The translations under genes were made by a program, and so were the position numbers. From IMG/VR virus record IMGVR_UViG_3300008110_007313: 64,000 bases of DNA; one strand, 5' to 3'. Of this stretch, positions 63,249 through 64,000 are shown piece after piece. The notes beneath the pieces were generated by a model. The model saw only the letters and a program-made list of their open reading frames with translations, did no database searches and was not told the DNA's origin. This DNA comes from a virus (lineage: Duplodnaviria > Caudoviricetes). How positions within the stretch are numbered: the first letter of the stretch is position 1; the number at the start of each line of letters is the position of its first letter.

Positions 63249-64000
63249 TTACGCTCAATGTCCTCTTCCACACAATCTTCGCCGTACTGAATTTCAATTA
63301 ACTTGAGTGGTTGATTGGTTTCATTGCACAACTGATGCCACTCACCAAGTTTGATCCAGGTGTGTTGGTGTCGCGCTGGACTAGCCATCAAGTCATAATC
63401 AGTGCTGTGTGGATCCACTGTGTATACTGTGGCTTCACCTTCAGCAACAAACCAAAACTCTGCACGTTTTTCGTGCCGTTGCATGCTCAAGCATGTCTTG
63501 GGATTTACTGTGAGTTCTTTGAGTTTGGTGTTGGCACCCACTTCGTGTAACACTCGATAGTAACCCCAAGTGCGTTCAGTGCGCGGTTTCTTCCAGTCCT
63601 CAAGAATCCAGCTGGAGCTGTTCTTCTTGTCATGTCCCCCAACACCAAACACAAACTCAACGTCGGGCACTGACATTTCAGGAATGTTTTCCTGTGTGCG
63701 ATCTCCGCCGTTGGCAAAAATGATTTCAGCATTGGGATGTCGTGCTTTTACCATACGGATAGCATCACAACTGGACCCATCGTCGTCGTTGTAAACCACA
63801 ACTTCGTCAACCACTGCAAGATTGCCAACAATGGCCATGCGCTCTTGCAAAGGCATGAAAGGCCTACCTTTTTTACGGGTAAGCCATTCATCAGAGTTAA
63901 GTCCTACTATCAGTCTATCACCCAGTGTTCGGGCAGCTTTGAAATAGGCAATGTGTCCAGAGTGCAGGGGATCAAATCCCCCAGTAACTATAACAATTTT
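63245..64000 (-). CDS. cytidylyltransferase (HxGH) fused to mannose-6-phosphate isomerase-type cupin; 5' end beyond window
   Basis: TGGFDPLHSGH, GLNSD, ANGGDR; ERTWGYY, SMQRH..RAEFW, IEIQYG. Confidence 0.9.
   Translation of the reverse strand, partial: KIVIVTGGFDPLHSGHIAYFKAARTLGDRLIVGLNSDEWLTRKKGRPFMPLQERMAIVGNLAVVDEVVVYNDDDGSSCDAIRMVKARHPNAEIIFANGGDRTQENIPEMSVPDVEFVFGVGGHDKKNSSSWILEDWKKPRTERTWGYYRVLHEVGANTKLKELTVNPKTCLSMQRHEKRAEFWFVAEGEATVYTVDPHSTDYDLMASPARHQHTWIKLGEWHQLCNETNQPLKLIEIQYGEDCVEEDIERK

Noticed and set aside
1-64000. CRISPR array, tRNA, rRNA or tmRNA
   Set aside because: No regularly spaced direct repeats and no T-loop/CCA cloverleaf or tmRNA ends seen by eye; tRNAscan and ARAGORN were not run
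1-64000. Stop-codon reassignment
   Set aside because: Conserved genes are uninterrupted in code 11, and TAA, TGA and TAG all end genes at expected positions
1-64000. Prophage or integrative element boundaries
   Set aside because: No integrase, att sites or block of host chromosome; host-like genes sit inside phage operons

Overview
A 64 kb, gene-dense fragment of a large T4-related (myovirus-type) dsDNA phage, coded mostly on the minus strand in standard code 11. The host is probably a beta- or gamma-proteobacterium (inferred from iscU, iscA, clpX, rpsU, ArfA-like and phasin-like genes). The window holds: (1) replication and repair genes (gp41-type helicase, primase, UvsW, ATP-dependent ligase, UvsE, PD-(D/E)xK exonuclease, nrdA/nrdB/glutaredoxin, a 186-aa mini-DnaE); (2) host-like proteostasis and translation genes (clpS, hsp20, rpsU, clpX, ArfA-like); (3) iscU and iscA interleaved with radical SAM genes; (4) virion genes (PAAR, Mtd-N/pectin-lyase protein, repeat fibre, probable internal head proteins); (5) glycan and modification clusters. 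No tRNA, rRNA, CRISPR array, integrase, intein or reverse transcriptase was recognised. Main observations: a phasin-like gene with a PhaR-type box and a ROSE-type thermometer shared with hsp20; a probable virion NTase-RNA-ligase fusion; a short ArfA-like peptide; a ~200 nt structured leader; several leaderless genes; and clean internal deletions removing essential segments of ugd and nrdA. All family calls come from motif recognition and recall, not from database searches.
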